From Hamiltosporidium tvaerminnensis FI-OER-3-3 (Eukaryota; Fungi; Microsporidia): a stretch of DNA of 64,000 nucleotides. The notes beneath the pieces were generated by a model that searched no databases, was not told where the DNA came from, and was given only the letters and a program-made list of their open reading frames with translations. The stretch covers positions 62,001 to 126,000 of the forward strand of contig CM061250.1 of NCBI GenBank assembly GCA_022605425.2, read 5' to 3'. Shown here piece after piece: positions 41,831 to 56,000 of the stretch. Every line of letters starts with the position of its first letter. The stretch's first letter is position 1. The translations under genes were made by a program, and so were the position numbers.

Positions 41831-44800
41831 AAAGATGTAGAAAATTTAATAAAAAATATTTTCTCTACTCAAAAAAAAAGAAAATTTGTTTCGTGCACCT
41901 ATTTATAAAAAAAGAAGTACTTTCCTTAACCTCAGCTACCTAGCCAAGAGTTGTTACTTTCTTCCCTAACTTATTTACAAGAACCTAGTAAAATTTTTAT
42001 AAATAAAAATTTATTTACTTTTCCCGAACATTTTTTTAGATTTATTCAAATAAAAAAGTTAAAATAGTCGTTTTAAAGAATAGAGGTCTCTCCTACCGAA
42101 GCTAGAAAAATATTTTACCTCAACTTTTATTTTAAAAAATATTCTTTCGGATGAAAGTATGGAATTACATACGCTAACAAATTTTTAAAAAGAAAAATGC
42201 AACAGCTAAAAACAAATAGGGGAAACAATTCAAAGTTGGTATTTTTACTTATCTCAAGGAATAAATTTTTATTTGAAATAAACAAAATAAAGTAAAAAAA
42301 GTAAGAAAAAGGAATAAGATTGACTATAGGGTAAATATATAATTACTCCTAATTGGTCCAACACAGAAACCAATCATAACCCTAAAATTTTCGGGTTAAT
42401 TTATTTCTCTTTATTTGAATCTGGTTTCTGGATTAGGGTTACAGGTTAAGATGAATATTCTTAGGTGATATTTTGAAAAAGAGTCTGGGTTAATAACCAG
42501 CAATTCTACGTTATATTTTATTTATTAGGTTTGTGTTTTAAATATGTAGTAATAGGAAAGAGTTTGGGTCAATAATAAAATGTCTAGACCATGAAAAAAA
42601 TGTGAATAGCAGGGGGCGAGTTAGGATTTGTAGCTATAAATTAACTTAGATTATTTTTTTTTCATTATATTTTTTCCTTTTTTATTTGTTCTTATGTTTA
42701 ATACCTTTAAAGTGACTAAAGAATCATATTTATTAAATTGTATTCTCTTATGGGTATTAGGCTAGCTAATCTTCCTTTTTTTGGCATATAAATTTGTTTT
42801 TTCTTTTTAGTTTAGATTAATGGTTCATCCTAACTCTTCATACTACTATATATCTTTTTATATATACTTTCCAACATTTAAGTAAATAATGATCTATTTA
42901 AGCTAATTTGTTAATCATCTGTTTCCTTTGTTCGTTATTACATTTTAGAATGGTACTTGATTTTTTTTTCTTCAAGGATTTTCTATTTAAGATATTCATT
43001 CGTTTAACTTCCTTCATGAATTATATTCAAAACCTAAGGTTTAGAAACATTCTGCTAAGTTAGTACGGAAAAAATAGTTTCCTTCTAATTAAGTTAGAGG
43101 TTTTGTGCATCGACTTACTATTTTACAGTCATTACTCTAGTTTTAAAGCGTTTCGTTACATTTTCAGAATTTCGAATTATTTTTTGTAGTTATTTCTTTA
43201 TCTAATACAGTTTTAATTCTTTTTTATTATATTTTCCTATAATGTAGTCTGTTTTTTCGTTTTTCGATATCAATTTTAAATATTATACAGAAAATATTTT
43301 GTGAATTATAAATATAGTCTTTTTAGAGGTTTTTAAAATGATTATACTTTTAATGTCGTTCGCCGTTTTTACTTTTTAAATTAAATGTTTGTCGGTTTAA
43401 ATTTTTTTAAAACATTTTTTTGATTTTTTTAAATTTTTTAATAAGATTTGTACTAATTTAATAGAAATTTTAATCTGTAAGGAATTATATATCTTTTTAC
43501 ATTTACTTACAAATTTTTTATGTTTTTTATTTATTTTTACCTGTTCTTTTCAATTTTTTTAAATTCTCTCTTAAATTTAGCTGTTTTTTCACGTTTTTTT
43601 ACACCTTTTCAAATTTTTTATTTTTTTTAAATTTTAATTTTTTTTCAAATATCTTATTTGTGCAATTTTTAGAAATTTTAGATTTGATTGGAATTTGAAC
43701 AACTTTTTTTATCGATTTTATATGATTTAAGTCTCCTCTAAATCAATTTATCGAAAATTCTTTGTCATATTGTTACATAATGGACAATTTTTAGTTTTTT
43801 TGCAAAACTTAAGATTTTTTAAAAAATCAGTAAACGTTTTGAATTCTAGCTCGGTTTTTTCAAAAAAAATTCCCTACTAATATTTGTGAGCTTGAATTTT
43901 GTTCAAATTATTTTTAAACTTTTCAATTTTCAATTTTCTATGAAATTACTAATGGTTTGTATTATTGTAGTATATTGTATACTGTTGTTGGTTTTCATTA
44001 AGATAGAATTATATTCTAGCAACGAAATTCGAAAAATTTCTTGAGAAAAAAATTTATTGTGAAAATCTGAACTATTAAATTTTATTTCTAGTATTAAAAA
44101 TTTGTTAAATTTTTAAAATACAGGTGTTAAATAAATAACATTGGTTTTAGAATGAATAATTATTCTACTTTGGATAACCTCTATTTTAAAACAATCCTTA
44201 CCTTGACTGTTTCATTAAGACCGAATAATCTCTATTTTTTAACCTTAAATTTATATCCATAAAGCTAAAGATAAAGGAGGGAATCCAGACATTTTTGACT
44301 AAACTAGAACTTGCTACAAATTTACGATACTTATAATTGTAACTCTTGACGAAAAGGGAAGGTACTTTTTGCAACCGGTTTAAATTTTATTTTTTGTTTT
44401 ACATAATATTATTTTTTGATTATTCGTCTTTTCAAGTATGTATTAAAATATACGAAAACATTTGGCTAGAAAAATTTAGGTAAGATAGGAACCATAACTA
44501 GTTCAAAAAAACATTAAATTGAGTTTGGTTTGAATATAGTAAATTGTGAAATATATTTTATATTGAGATTAGTTTATATAAAAAGGAAATCACATTTTAA
44601 AGCTCTTAAAACCCGTATAAACTTTACTAAGATCTAGATTTCCGCTTCACTCAATAAATGATAGTAATTACATTAATTTTTTTTATTGAAAATTTATGTT
44701 TACAATTTCATCTCAGATTGCATAAATTATATTTTTTCGTTTAGATAAAAATTTAATTTGGTTTTGCATAGTTTGAGTTTAAAATTTACAATTTTTATAT

Positions 44801-45199
44801 GATAATTATGTTTTATAAGATCTCATTAAAAGAATTCACTATATTATTTTTGAATAAAAAACACTAGAAAATAGAGTTATCTTGGTTTGTTTTCGAGAAA
44901 ATATAAAGAAATTCATTACTAACTAATACATTCACAAAGTCAATATATTTTTTAAATTCTGGGAGTTAGTATTAATAGTTATCTTTTATTCGAAAGTAAA
45001 TAGGTCAAACATACAAAATTTAATAAAGTATTTTTTTTACTTTTTAGATACTAATTTTGATGGGATATCGGCTAATTTAATACATTTCTTTAGATTTATG
45101 AGAGTTTCATTGTTAAGAAAATATGAATGTCTTGACTTGATACTTTCGCAAAATATATATGACATATTTCTTTAATTATTTAAGTTTTAAATATATAAA

Positions 45200-45400
45200 G
45201 AATGGATATTTTCGAAAAAAATATCAAAAGTGGATTTTAGTTATTTTATATAGCAGGATATTCTCTTTAAGACTATCAAAGATATCCCCATATTAAAGTG
45301 TATGTGGAATAGATATTCTCGAAGAGAATATCCGAAGAGGATTATATTTAAAGTTCGTAGGGTGGATATTTTGGAGAGAAAATATAAAATTTTGAATCTA
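45200..45400. repeat. Degenerate ~54-bp tandem repeat, 4 units
   Basis: (G/A)GATATT(T/C)T..AATAT units at ~45203, 45255, 45310 and 45363. Confidence 0.5.
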
Positions 45401-45649
45401 TTATTGGATTATTTAAAGAGTATTTGTAATATTACTTTTTTATTATGTATTTGAATATTGTAATGAGACTTTAAGATATATAGAAGGGTCGAGTTAGTAT
45501 AGATTGACAGGAATTTTATAAAATAATAATATTCAAGTATTTTTATATTAAGGGTTTGCTTTAAAACTACTCGTTTATTTCGGGGTAAATCTTTTGATAG
45601 ATCCTATTTTAGATGCAATAAAAGCATTGGGAAGGTTACTTTATTATCT

Positions 45650-46435
45650 TATAAACCTGAATTTATATTATTTTTTATTCTATAAGTTTAGTAATTGGTT
45701 ATTAAAAAATTAAAAACTATTGATATGGTTACATTTCTATCCTTTTGTATCTACAGCGGTATTCTTACTATGTCTATGGATATGGGATTTGTTATCCTTA
45801 GGATATTAATTCACCGATGCCCTAATAAGAATATTTTCCACCCTACTGATGTAGAAGCCAGAAAACAAATGCCACTAATGCTGACTGATATTGATATTCC
45901 TCTGAAATTCTCAGCTTAATTTACTTTTACTATTAACCATTCTGATATGGTTTGTTGAAGGGTTATGTAAGATTATTTGCATAGGTTAGACATAAATTCA
46001 AATGGTAGTAGCAAATAACTCGTTCGATATCGTAAAAAGTCAAATTTTTTAAAAATGTGAATTTTTTCAGCTATTAAAATGTTATATATAATCCTATTAG
46101 CATAAATACGCGATTTACAGTGACTATAATGTAATATGCCCTGATTACGGGACTAAATTGCCTCTTTTAATGAAGTACTTTTATAAGAAGGTATACAATA
46201 AGGAACTATAAAATATAGAGACATAAAACCAGTATAGCATCTTTTAAAGAACTTTTTAAAATTTTTGAAGAATAGAAATTTTTTTAACTTATATTTAGCT
46301 TCGTTCTTGTAAATTTAACACTATCAATTTGATCTATTTGCTCTCTTCTTAGACTATACATGCTTCTAAAATGGTGTATATGTCTTCTGAAAAGTGAATT
46401 AGTCTTATAATAAATATGTTCACTACCTATATTTT
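45650..46435 (-). pseudogene. Family A copy 3 (5' portion), closest to the 60.6-61.3 kb copy
   Basis: CTGATATGGTTTGTTGAAGGGTTATGTAAGATTATTTGCATA vs CTGATATGGTTTGTTAAAGGGCTTATGTAAGATTATTTGCATA (~60830); AACTCGTTCGAT and TGTATATGTCTT also shared. Confidence 0.75.
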
Positions 46436-46449
46436 AGGGATATAATACT

Positions 46450-49330
46450 TTTCTAGGTTTTTTATTACTTTTTTCATTACTCTGTCTATTCTTTTGTCCT
46501 AAATCATATATTCTAGTAAAAAAAAAATTTATAGCATATTAAAACTATGTTTATATGTTTCGTATTTTAGAAATAATCTACTTATTTATATTATATAGTT
46601 TTTAGGTTAATTTTTTTGTTTTTTCTTTAAATCCAATGCAATTATATTTATAGTAATTAAATCGTTATTTTAACTTCTAGTGGTAACACCAGTTACTTTT
46701 TTTGTTAGTAATTTGATATTTTATTAAATCTGTATAGTCTTTACTGTAATACAAACTAGAATATGGGGCGTTATTTATTTGAATATGAAATCATTTTTTT
46801 TATAGTTGTTAATATGGTAAATCGAACTTTTATCTAAAAATTTGAGTACAAGTTGAATTCTATTTACCTTATTTTCTTTCATTAAGTTTTTTTGCGTTGA
46901 ATATTTTGGTTTATATTTTATTTTTGTTATTTTTACTAATTTAAAACTTTTTACATATATCTAGATTGTTTAACTTAAATTTTTCGTATTATATCTTTAT
47001 CTATTCTTTTTCATTTTCTGTTTTTTTTATTCAAATCTACATTTTTTTTTAAGGTTTTTTTCAAATCATTCATTTGTTATTTATTTGCTGGGTTAAGTGG
47101 TAACTTATTCAAGCAGTTTTTCTAGTTATAAAACAATTCTAGTTAGCTTAATCTTAAATTTTATAGAATATACTAACACTTATTTTCAAAAAATGTCGAA
47201 TTTTACCTCGTTTTAAGGGAATTCTATTTATTCTTTAGTCATTTTTCTTAGAATTCCTTAATTCATATCAATATGCAATATTTCGAAATAAATCAAGTAT
47301 TATCTTTTCTCATATGATTTTAAGGGTCTAACAAAATAAACTTATAAAATTTACTATAATTGGAAGTTTTTGTTTATAAGATATTGGTTTTTTTTTATGG
47401 TCATGTAGAGCATTTGCTCAATTAAAGCCTTAACCCATTATCTAAAAATAATATTTTTTAATCTTGGTCATAAAACGTCGTGTTCAGCCAAAAAGACACA
47501 TAAAAAATTCGTGCAATGGTTGTTTAAAACTTAGAATGAATTGATTGAAACATTAATCATATAGAGTATTCATACGTAACTAATGATTTCTATATAATTT
47601 CATATTAGACTTTTCAAAAATTGAGCAAGCTGCCAAATATTATATATGTATTGCTTCTTTAGCTAAAAAAGAATATAGAGATAAGTAAAGGAAAGTTATA
47701 CATCTGAATAGCATTTAAAATTTCTTGTATACTATTTTAAAGAGAATTGATGAGAATTTTTAATATTGCCATTATTGAAATATCTTTGATATTCTCTATA
47801 TATAGACTTTATTTATTTTTCATATACCTATATCCATATTTTTTATAAAAAATTTTAATCTGCGTAATATATACATATAAAAATCGTTTTTTAACTATCT
47901 GCCTATTTTAACTGACTCAAATTGTAAATATTATAACTATATTGAATCTTCTTAATAATGCATAGTCTTTTTTTAGAAATATATATTGTATGGTAAGGAT
48001 TTACAGAATCTAATTTTATATTAAATCGATACTACAATAAAATATCTTGAGTACTGACTTTGATTCTTTTATACTACTTATATATTAAAACTAAATTTAA
48101 ATAAATAAGCATTTTTACGTTAAGTTTTGTCAATTTTAATTTTCTTAACCTATTTCTCTTTTTTAGGCAAAATCCCAAAACAAATTATTAAAATAGTTTA
48201 ATTTTATATTTTTTTTAGACGTTAAACTTGTCTATTAAGTCGTATTGGATGAAACAAAAATTTTTAATTGTGGAATATTTTACATGATATTTTAATTTTA
48301 GTTTAGCTAAAGGTAAACCCTAAATAAATTTATTTCATTATAACCTAAATAACCTATACTTATTTTTTAAATATTTTAGTATTATTTTAGTATTATTTTT
48401 CTTGCTTGACGTAACGGTAAGAATTTGTTTTCAAACTAGTAAGAAATCAATTTAAATGTAGTAATATAAGAGAATTGAAGATACTTTGAAATCTAAAAAT
48501 TTTTAAAATGAATATTTTATCTTTCAGGTATAAAATTTAAATATGTTTTTGAAAATAGGCTTATATTCTAATTCCCTAAATAAAATTTCTATGATTGGGT
48601 TTGTTGGGTCAAATATCATATTATTTAATTATGATTAGTATACTTAAAATATAGAAAGAAAAACAATTGTTCATAAAATTTAAAAAAAAACATCGCATTA
48701 GCTTGGATTTTTTATGTTTCGGTCTTTCCACTTGGAACCCAACCCCATCATATCTTTAAGCTTCTATTACATAATAAACCGCATAAAGATTTAACCTAAT
48801 GTAGAACGAAAGAAACTACTTCCACAATCCGCTACCATATATTTCACATAAACTTTCAACATATCTATACGTTTTAAACTACATAAGCTGGTTTGCACCA
48901 TCAAAAGAGTATGTAAGGTCATATACCCGTATAGCTCTCATATGATTCAAGAGGTTGTGGCAAGAATCCATTCGATCTTTGTAGGTCGGATATAACGAAA
49001 AAAGTAAACTTCGGGCACTTATTATAATTTTAAAAATAACTCTACCAATATCACAAACGCCCATTACATAAACTCGAAGGCAAAAGTTGGCATACTTAGA
49101 CAGATTTCCTATTTGCAAGGTTTCAAATGAATAACTCTATACGATTATTGAATTCTTAAATTATTCGTTTGTATTAAAATTTAAATCTTTTAAACAAAAA
49201 CTCATAACTATATTTAAGCCTTAAACATAATACTATTTTATTTTAACTATCACCAACTGTTTTTTCTCTATAACTATACACTCAATCTTTATGACTTATA
49301 AATGAGTGTAGGGTCTTTAAAAGTTTTACT
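46450..49330 (-). pseudogene. Family A copy 4, head-to-tail with copy 3
   Basis: Colinear with the other copies from 47070 to 49320. Track ORF 48879..49118 (LNHMR) is a remnant; a K/N-rich low-complexity tail continues toward 46450. Confidence 0.7.
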
Positions 49331-49599
49331 CTTATTGTATAAATGTGTTATTTCTAAGCTATATATATTCTAAAGTGAAGCATAAATTATCTATCTTAAA
49401 ATATACATTACTTAAAACTAATTGAATATATTAATGATTTAACAATTACCTTTTGTACTGTAAAGATCGTATCTATTTCTTCAATTAGAATAGAATACTA
49501 TGTTTCCCATTAATAAAATATTATTCGAATAAGAAATGCTATATTAATTTAAGAATTTGAGTAAATATAAACTTCTATTAAATTGTATTATAATTCGAA

Positions 49600-50670
49600 A
49601 AGTACCTTTCACAAAATAAAATCCTGGATTCTGAAGAAAGAAATATAGGATCACGTAAATTTAAAGAATGGGATTGTAAAAAAGAATTGAGCAATAACAA
49701 AAAGAGAAATAATTGAATTAGGATTTAAAAATTTATTTGAAAAAAAAATATGTTTTCCTGGTAAATGACAACGGAATTAAATAAATATTAAACCCATTTA
49801 GAATGTTTTATTGAGTTTTCTTGTAAATCTTTAAATTTGTTTAACTTCATCTTTCTTAAAAAGAGGACTAATATTACAACCTTTTTCTGTAGTAAATTTC
49901 TCAATTCTAAAGCAATTTTCTTTGATTGCATCAAAATTTATTCTCAAGATATCACAAATGCATTTTTTATCTAACTTTTGATATGTATTTGATTTTCGTA
50001 TTTATCTTCAGAAGTAGCAAATAGAATGTATCAAAACATACCGGTTATTTTCATTTCTTAGGAACATAAAAAATATTTTTCGGAAATAATTTCGTTAAGA
50101 CACATAAATTTCTAAAATTTCGATTCAAAAGTTCCCATGTGTTCTAATCTAACCAAAGGCATAAATTTCTAATTCATGCCACTTTCAGCAGAAAATACAA
50201 ATGTAGAAGATTACTGTTCTTATACTCACCAAACCTCTTTATAGCTTTCAGATTTTTTTCACAAATTCTAAACATCAAATGTAAGACAAATGACCAACCA
50301 ATGGGCACTGACTTACTTACCACACCTTATGTTTTCTTTCTACTACTCCCCGTCACAATACCACATATTTTGCTTAATCTCGAAGGAAAGGAACTCTTTA
50401 CTGAAATTACACCTTTTAAAAAATGGTTTCCAGGATAATATAATCAGAAATAAAAATAAGATATTCGTATGATCTTTATAACTTTCACGCTTTGTGCTTG
50501 ATACTCAACAGCGTGATTTTGTTACTCCCCTATATTTTATGGCTTATCTAAAAATGAAAACATTTTTTGACAAACAAAGTCATCTATTAGGTAAATCTTA
50601 AGGATGTAGCAAACTATAAGATACAAGCTATATCCACAAATTTGCCACCATTCCATTTGATTTCATTTTT
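49600..50670 (-). pseudogene. Degenerate gene of unknown family
   Basis: Minus-strand stretch LDKKCICDILRINFDAIKENCFRIEKFTTEKGCNISPLLRKMKLNKFKDLQENSIKHSKWV, with locally raised GC upstream and multiple stops. Confidence 0.35.
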
Positions 50671-50803
50671 CTTTTATTACATCTTCATTTAAATTTCTTC
50701 AGTAAAAAATACTATTTTCATTTCAGAACATAAGGGTAGAATTTAAAAATAAATATAAAGAAACTGAATTTGAAAAGAAAGGAGAAGAAAATATAATTAG
50801 ATT

Positions 50804-50850
50804 TACCACCCCTACAAAATTTAAAATATTTTTGTTTTGTAGGGGGGGTA
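50804..50850. repeat. Inverted repeat (16-bp arms, 1 mismatch, 15-nt loop) inside a larger degenerate palindrome (~50750-50912)
   Basis: TACCACCCCTACAAAA (50804-50819) and TTTTGTAGGGGGGGTA (50835-50850). Outer partial arms AAGAAAAT/ATTTTCTT, GAAACTG/CAGTTTC and AATATAAAG/CTTTATATT. Confidence 0.8.
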
Positions 50851-51499
50851 TCAAATTCTATTTCATTTTCTTTATTTTTAAAATAGATCACAGTTTCATT
50901 AAAACTTTATATTAATAGGTTTGCGTTCGATCAAACATGCACAAAAATAAATTATATTTTAAATTGTAAAAATAAGTTTATTACTAAAGATTTATCTAAT
51001 AAATCAAATTATTTTTAAAACACATGAAAAACTTGCAATTCAATATATAAAATTATTTAAAGCAATTTATATGACACAAAATAATACATTTCAAATTTTT
51101 TAAATTTTCAAATCAATAACAGTCTTATTAAAATTGCAGAATATGAAAAATTCATTCATGGAATTAGTACACGTTTAGATAAATTATTTATTAAAACTTT
51201 TTTGAAATTAAATTGACATAAGAAATAAAAACATTTTTTATTCAAAAATAATTTGATTTCGATTTCCGATCTTTAAAACCATTTAAGTTTCCACAGTAAA
51301 AACTTTTTACATTTATATTTCGAAGAATAAATTTCTACTTGTTTTCTTTGTTATTAACTAATTCGTTTTAAAGGATTTTAATAATTTAAACCTTAATTTA
51401 TGTAGTAAATAATATAATTTCTACAAACAGCAAGAAACAAAATTAAAGGAGTTCATTTACGATATTTTTAGTTATTAAAAATATCGTTTCTTATAAAAC

Positions 51500-52150
51500 C
51501 AAGAAAGGTGTTATATTTTTTCAGGCATTAACTCTAGTCTGGTTTTACATAGAGCTACCCCGTATCAATTTATTGGTATATCTTAAGATACTTAAATCCA
51601 AGAGAATTTTTTACAAAAATGTCTAGATTTATTTAATAGGCGAGTCAGTAACTCCTGAATTTTTCTTGTCTATTGCAACAAAGTACGATTCGCAGGCCCA
51701 ATTTCGCTTTCAAAAATTTCAAAAAGGTGCAGCATTTTACTTAATCTAATCTTCAATTCCAAAATCATTTAACTAAATGTATCTCGGAGACTTACAGGGG
51801 TCCATATAGACAACTAATTTAAAGTTTATAGGTATAATCTGTTATATCGGTTCTCATGTTCAAATATTTACATGGTCAAAATTTGCAGCGAGCTTCATAT
51901 TCAAATGTGCAATGGTGGTTTCCGGAAGTTGGCTTAGCGACTACCTGCATGTTAGATTGTAATCTAAAGTTAGTATCAAAATTACTACATTTCGTAAATT
52001 GAAGAAAAAAAAAGCGCTTAATGTTAGACCATTACTCTGGATATGAATTTGATGGAACCGCTGGCAATTTATTATCGTAGATTCTGTCAAATCTAAATAA
52101 TAATTTCAAAATGTCTTTCACTTTTTATCGTGAGCAGGTTGTTTCTAACG
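51500..52150 (-). pseudogene. Degenerate GC-richer gene, possibly a distant family C member
   Basis: Minus-strand SPRYI*LN and LGFKYLKIYQ loosely parallel SPQNIS and LGVDII in the 57.4-57.6 kb copy; weak. Confidence 0.3.
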
Positions 52151-52299
52151 TGGATATTTTAGCTTTAGTTGTTTTCCTTAATATTCAAAATTTATTTCTA
52201 CGGCAAATTTCACTTTTATTTTTTTTTACAGTTTAAGAAATATTGCAATTTTTTTTATAATTATATATAAGTGTAATATTTTGCTTTATAAATTCCCAG

Positions 52300-55200
52300 A
52301 TTAGCTTATTGCTTATTATTATATAGAAAATCTTAAGCTATTTTGATTTTTTTTAAATTTGGGATTGGATAAATCAATATTTTTAAAATTCAGCGTCTTT
52401 TTTTTAAAAAAGTTGGAAATTTATATATTGTGAAATTAAGTATTTAATTTTTATACATTACATATTATAGGATAAAATTTTTTAATATCATAATTTCTAA
52501 GATATTTTAATGATATGTTGTATTACCCTAGTCTCCAAAAATCGACAAGTTTCGGTGAAGTCATAATTTAAAAATAAATTTCAAAATAAATATTTTACTA
52601 TTAAAAGCAAAATAAATCGAACTAAATGAAAAAATTAATCATGTTTGAATAACAAAATTTTGTACAAACACTGGATCTTACTTGCGCGACATTCTCTAAG
52701 CCCCTTTCTTTGATTTAAACTTTAAAACGACTTATGATTTATTTCATCTTTCTAAGAATGTTATGAGTATTTAATAAAAAAGCATATGCATTTAGACTTA
52801 TTTATTTTATGTTTTATTACAAAAAACAGGCCATATCCTTATAAAAATGAATTCCTTGATTACTATCTATTCTATTAATCAATACATTTAACTAAAAATA
52901 TTCTAAAAAGATCTAGTGAAGATAATTTTTCTTTGGAAAGATCTTCTATTTAAAAAGACATTTGAGAATAAATATAATCTTGAAAAAGTAAAGCAGAAAA
53001 ATTATTGAGACAGCAGCATGTGCAATAGTCAAAAATAAATACAGAGGAAATCTAATAGAAAATAAGGCCTGGTTTCACGTTTTTTTTTTTAAAAAATTTA
53101 GCATTTTTATTGACTCTTTTATGTTTTAGTTTAATCAGAATAAATCTATCAAATTTTGTGACAAAATATATGTACTAATTTGATTTGCATAAAAACTTAT
53201 AACTTGTGATTTTTTATATGATAATATTCGTAAATCTTGGTTTATTTACTTTTTTGTATAAGTTAGCATGTTTTTATTGATTTTCATTTACTTCTTTTCT
53301 TTTATTGATGATTTTTACCAACTACAGTATTTTTAAATTTTGTTGTTTACTCTTAAACATTAAACCATAAATTTATATTTGTATTTATTCATAGATTAGG
53401 ATATTTTTGGAAAATTTACTGCGTTAGTTGTTTACTTTGAGCTAAAAATTCATTTTTTTCTCTGTTTTCGAAATATTGCCTTAAAATTTTCATTTTAGAC
53501 ATAGTTTATATTGATCTGCGCAAGATATGCCTTGTATATTTCTAGCTGGTACATAAATAGACTCACCATTCAGAAAATCACAATTAAAAATACTTTATAT
53601 GTTTTTTTTTGAGAACTACGACAGCATTTAAAAATAAAAGATTAGAGAGTAAGAATTACTTCTTGGAAATGCATATCAAATACCCCTTAAGCTTTTATAA
53701 ATATATTGAAAATCATGTACTAAGAATTAAGATTTAATCTTAAGCTTATATAGTTTTTGAAATGTAGTGCTATAACAAAATCCTGCATAGATTTGCGATG
53801 TAGCTTAAATTTGTTGTATCCTAGCGAAAAGATTAAACAAACTAAAAAAAACTACGAAGAAACCTAAAGTAAAATAATTTAATATTTATTTAGATGAGAT
53901 TTTGAAAGAATACAAGTCCAAGAAAGTAATCAAAAATATTCTAATATGTTTTCTTTATGGTCAATTATTGCCTGGAAAAAAAAATTGTTTTTCTTATGTG
54001 TATAGATACTGTCAACGAAAATTACCGGCGTTGAAAATCATTTTTTGTGATACTGTCGAATACTTTTTCCGAAAAAAAATATTCTGATGTTCTCAGTGTT
54101 TTTATTAACTTTTAAATAGTATTTCAAATTTAAAAGAAAATTTGTAAATCGTTTGATTTTAAAACTTAAGATAAATTTTTTATTATACAATCAAGATATC
54201 AAATATTATATCATTAGACTTTATAGTATATAAGAATTTAAAAATTGCATTTGTTCAGCACATACTCGGTAGTAACTTATCATACCAATCTGTATTTTTA
54301 AATTAGTAACTAAAACATATAATTTATGCATGTGGTTTTCTCTGAAACTCTAATACGGATTAGAAAAAAAATGATTCATCTAGTGATGCTCTTTGACATT
54401 TTAAAACCAAAACACTGATGAGAAAAGAAGAAAAAGCAAAAAAGGGCTAAGAATCAAAAAAGTTTTGCTTATAAATTTATGTTAATGTGTCCTAGTTTTC
54501 TTGCCAATTATTAAAAGGCTCGAATTTTTTTACAGGTGTTAAGCTCATGTAGATTCATTTATTTGTTTTCCTAAAATTTCTTTTTGCCACAAAATATATC
54601 AAAATAGCAATAAAAATTTTTTTTGCAATGCTCTTGATTAGAAAGTTCTTGCAATCTTTGTAAAAATCGCAACTTTGCTTTTTATTTTTATATCATAATC
54701 AAATCTAAAAATATTTAATATCGTTGGAATTGATTAAAAAATATCCCGGGTCGAAAAATAACTGACAGTCAAAGCTCATTCTTTTTATTTCACGATTCCA
54801 GCTTATCTAAACTATTGTCACCTTTTTTTCATTCCAATATTTAAAAGGAAAATCTTTAATCCAAAACACTGGGTTAAAACTCTGTAAAAAGGTGTAAAAG
54901 AAATTTCTAAAAAATTTTAATTTGAATATAGATACCGAATGGAAAAACTACTTTTTAAATAATTAAAATTTTTTTTTAGAATTTATATTTAATTTTGTCG
55001 TCTTTAACAGTATATATCTTCAGTATTAGAGGTAAAATTCTATTAGACATACATCGAACGGGAAATAATCGTTATTTTTTAGTTTTTTTCGAAACATAAT
55101 AAATCACCTGTTTTAATCAAATAAGGTGTTTTGTAAACTTCAAATGCTTTATTCTGCGTATTGTGAAATTTATAGTTTCAAACAACTTTTTCTCGCCAAA

Positions 55201-56000
55201 ATAAATGACCAAATAATAACTAGTCAATTTGAAGCATTTTAATGTGCTTATAATCCGAATGACAATTAAATATATTTCGCATATTTAGTTTCAAATATAA
55301 CTTTTATTATGTTGCATTTCTAGCTATTAATTTTGAAATATTTTCTTTAACTGTTTTAAAACAAATTTTTTATGAAAAGAATGTATATCTTTGACTTCAA
55401 GGTACATCAATGAAAATCTTATATATTTTTTCGAAGCTAGGAAATGCATCTCAACGCACAAAAACCTTTTACCAATATTTTGATAATTTAAACGTACTTT
55501 GAATTAGAATTATCTTTATTCAAAAAAAATTGCGAATTATAAACGCCTGGCTACAGTATCTGTGTATCAATTATTTCAAACTTAAGAATATTTTCAAATA
55601 TAGAAGGCCTTTTATTCCGGAAATCCGAATTATTATACTGCAATATTAGGTTTTGTTTTTGTTGCATAGAAATAAAAAATTTTTCACATCTAATATGTAA
55701 ATAGAATAGATGACCATTCGAATTTTGCATTTTGAAAACCTACAAATATTATTCAGCATATATGTTGAATTCTTACAGAATATTAGTATTTTTTAAAAAC
55801 ATGTTTTGGTTTTGGTAGTACTTTAAAACGTAAAAAATCTAATATACGCTAGAAAAGTTTAAGAAATATACTAAAAATCTTAAAATATTCTTTTTTTTTG
55901 CAACCATGTTTTACTGTTTATATATGAATATATAATTATGAAGGTTAAAGACACTTTAAATATCATTATCTGATATTATTTTAAAATTATTTTATTACAA
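52300..56000 (-). pseudogene. Family B degenerate gene, paralog of 6.2-10.1 kb
   Basis: GGGTTAAAACTCTGTAAAAA anchor (54871); AAAATCACAAT shared with ~11288; many stops. Confidence 0.45.

Noticed and set aside
54410-54450. CTGATGAG hammerhead ribozyme core (also CTGATGAC on the minus strand at ~38485)
   Set aside because: No stem II followed by GAAA, and no closing stems.
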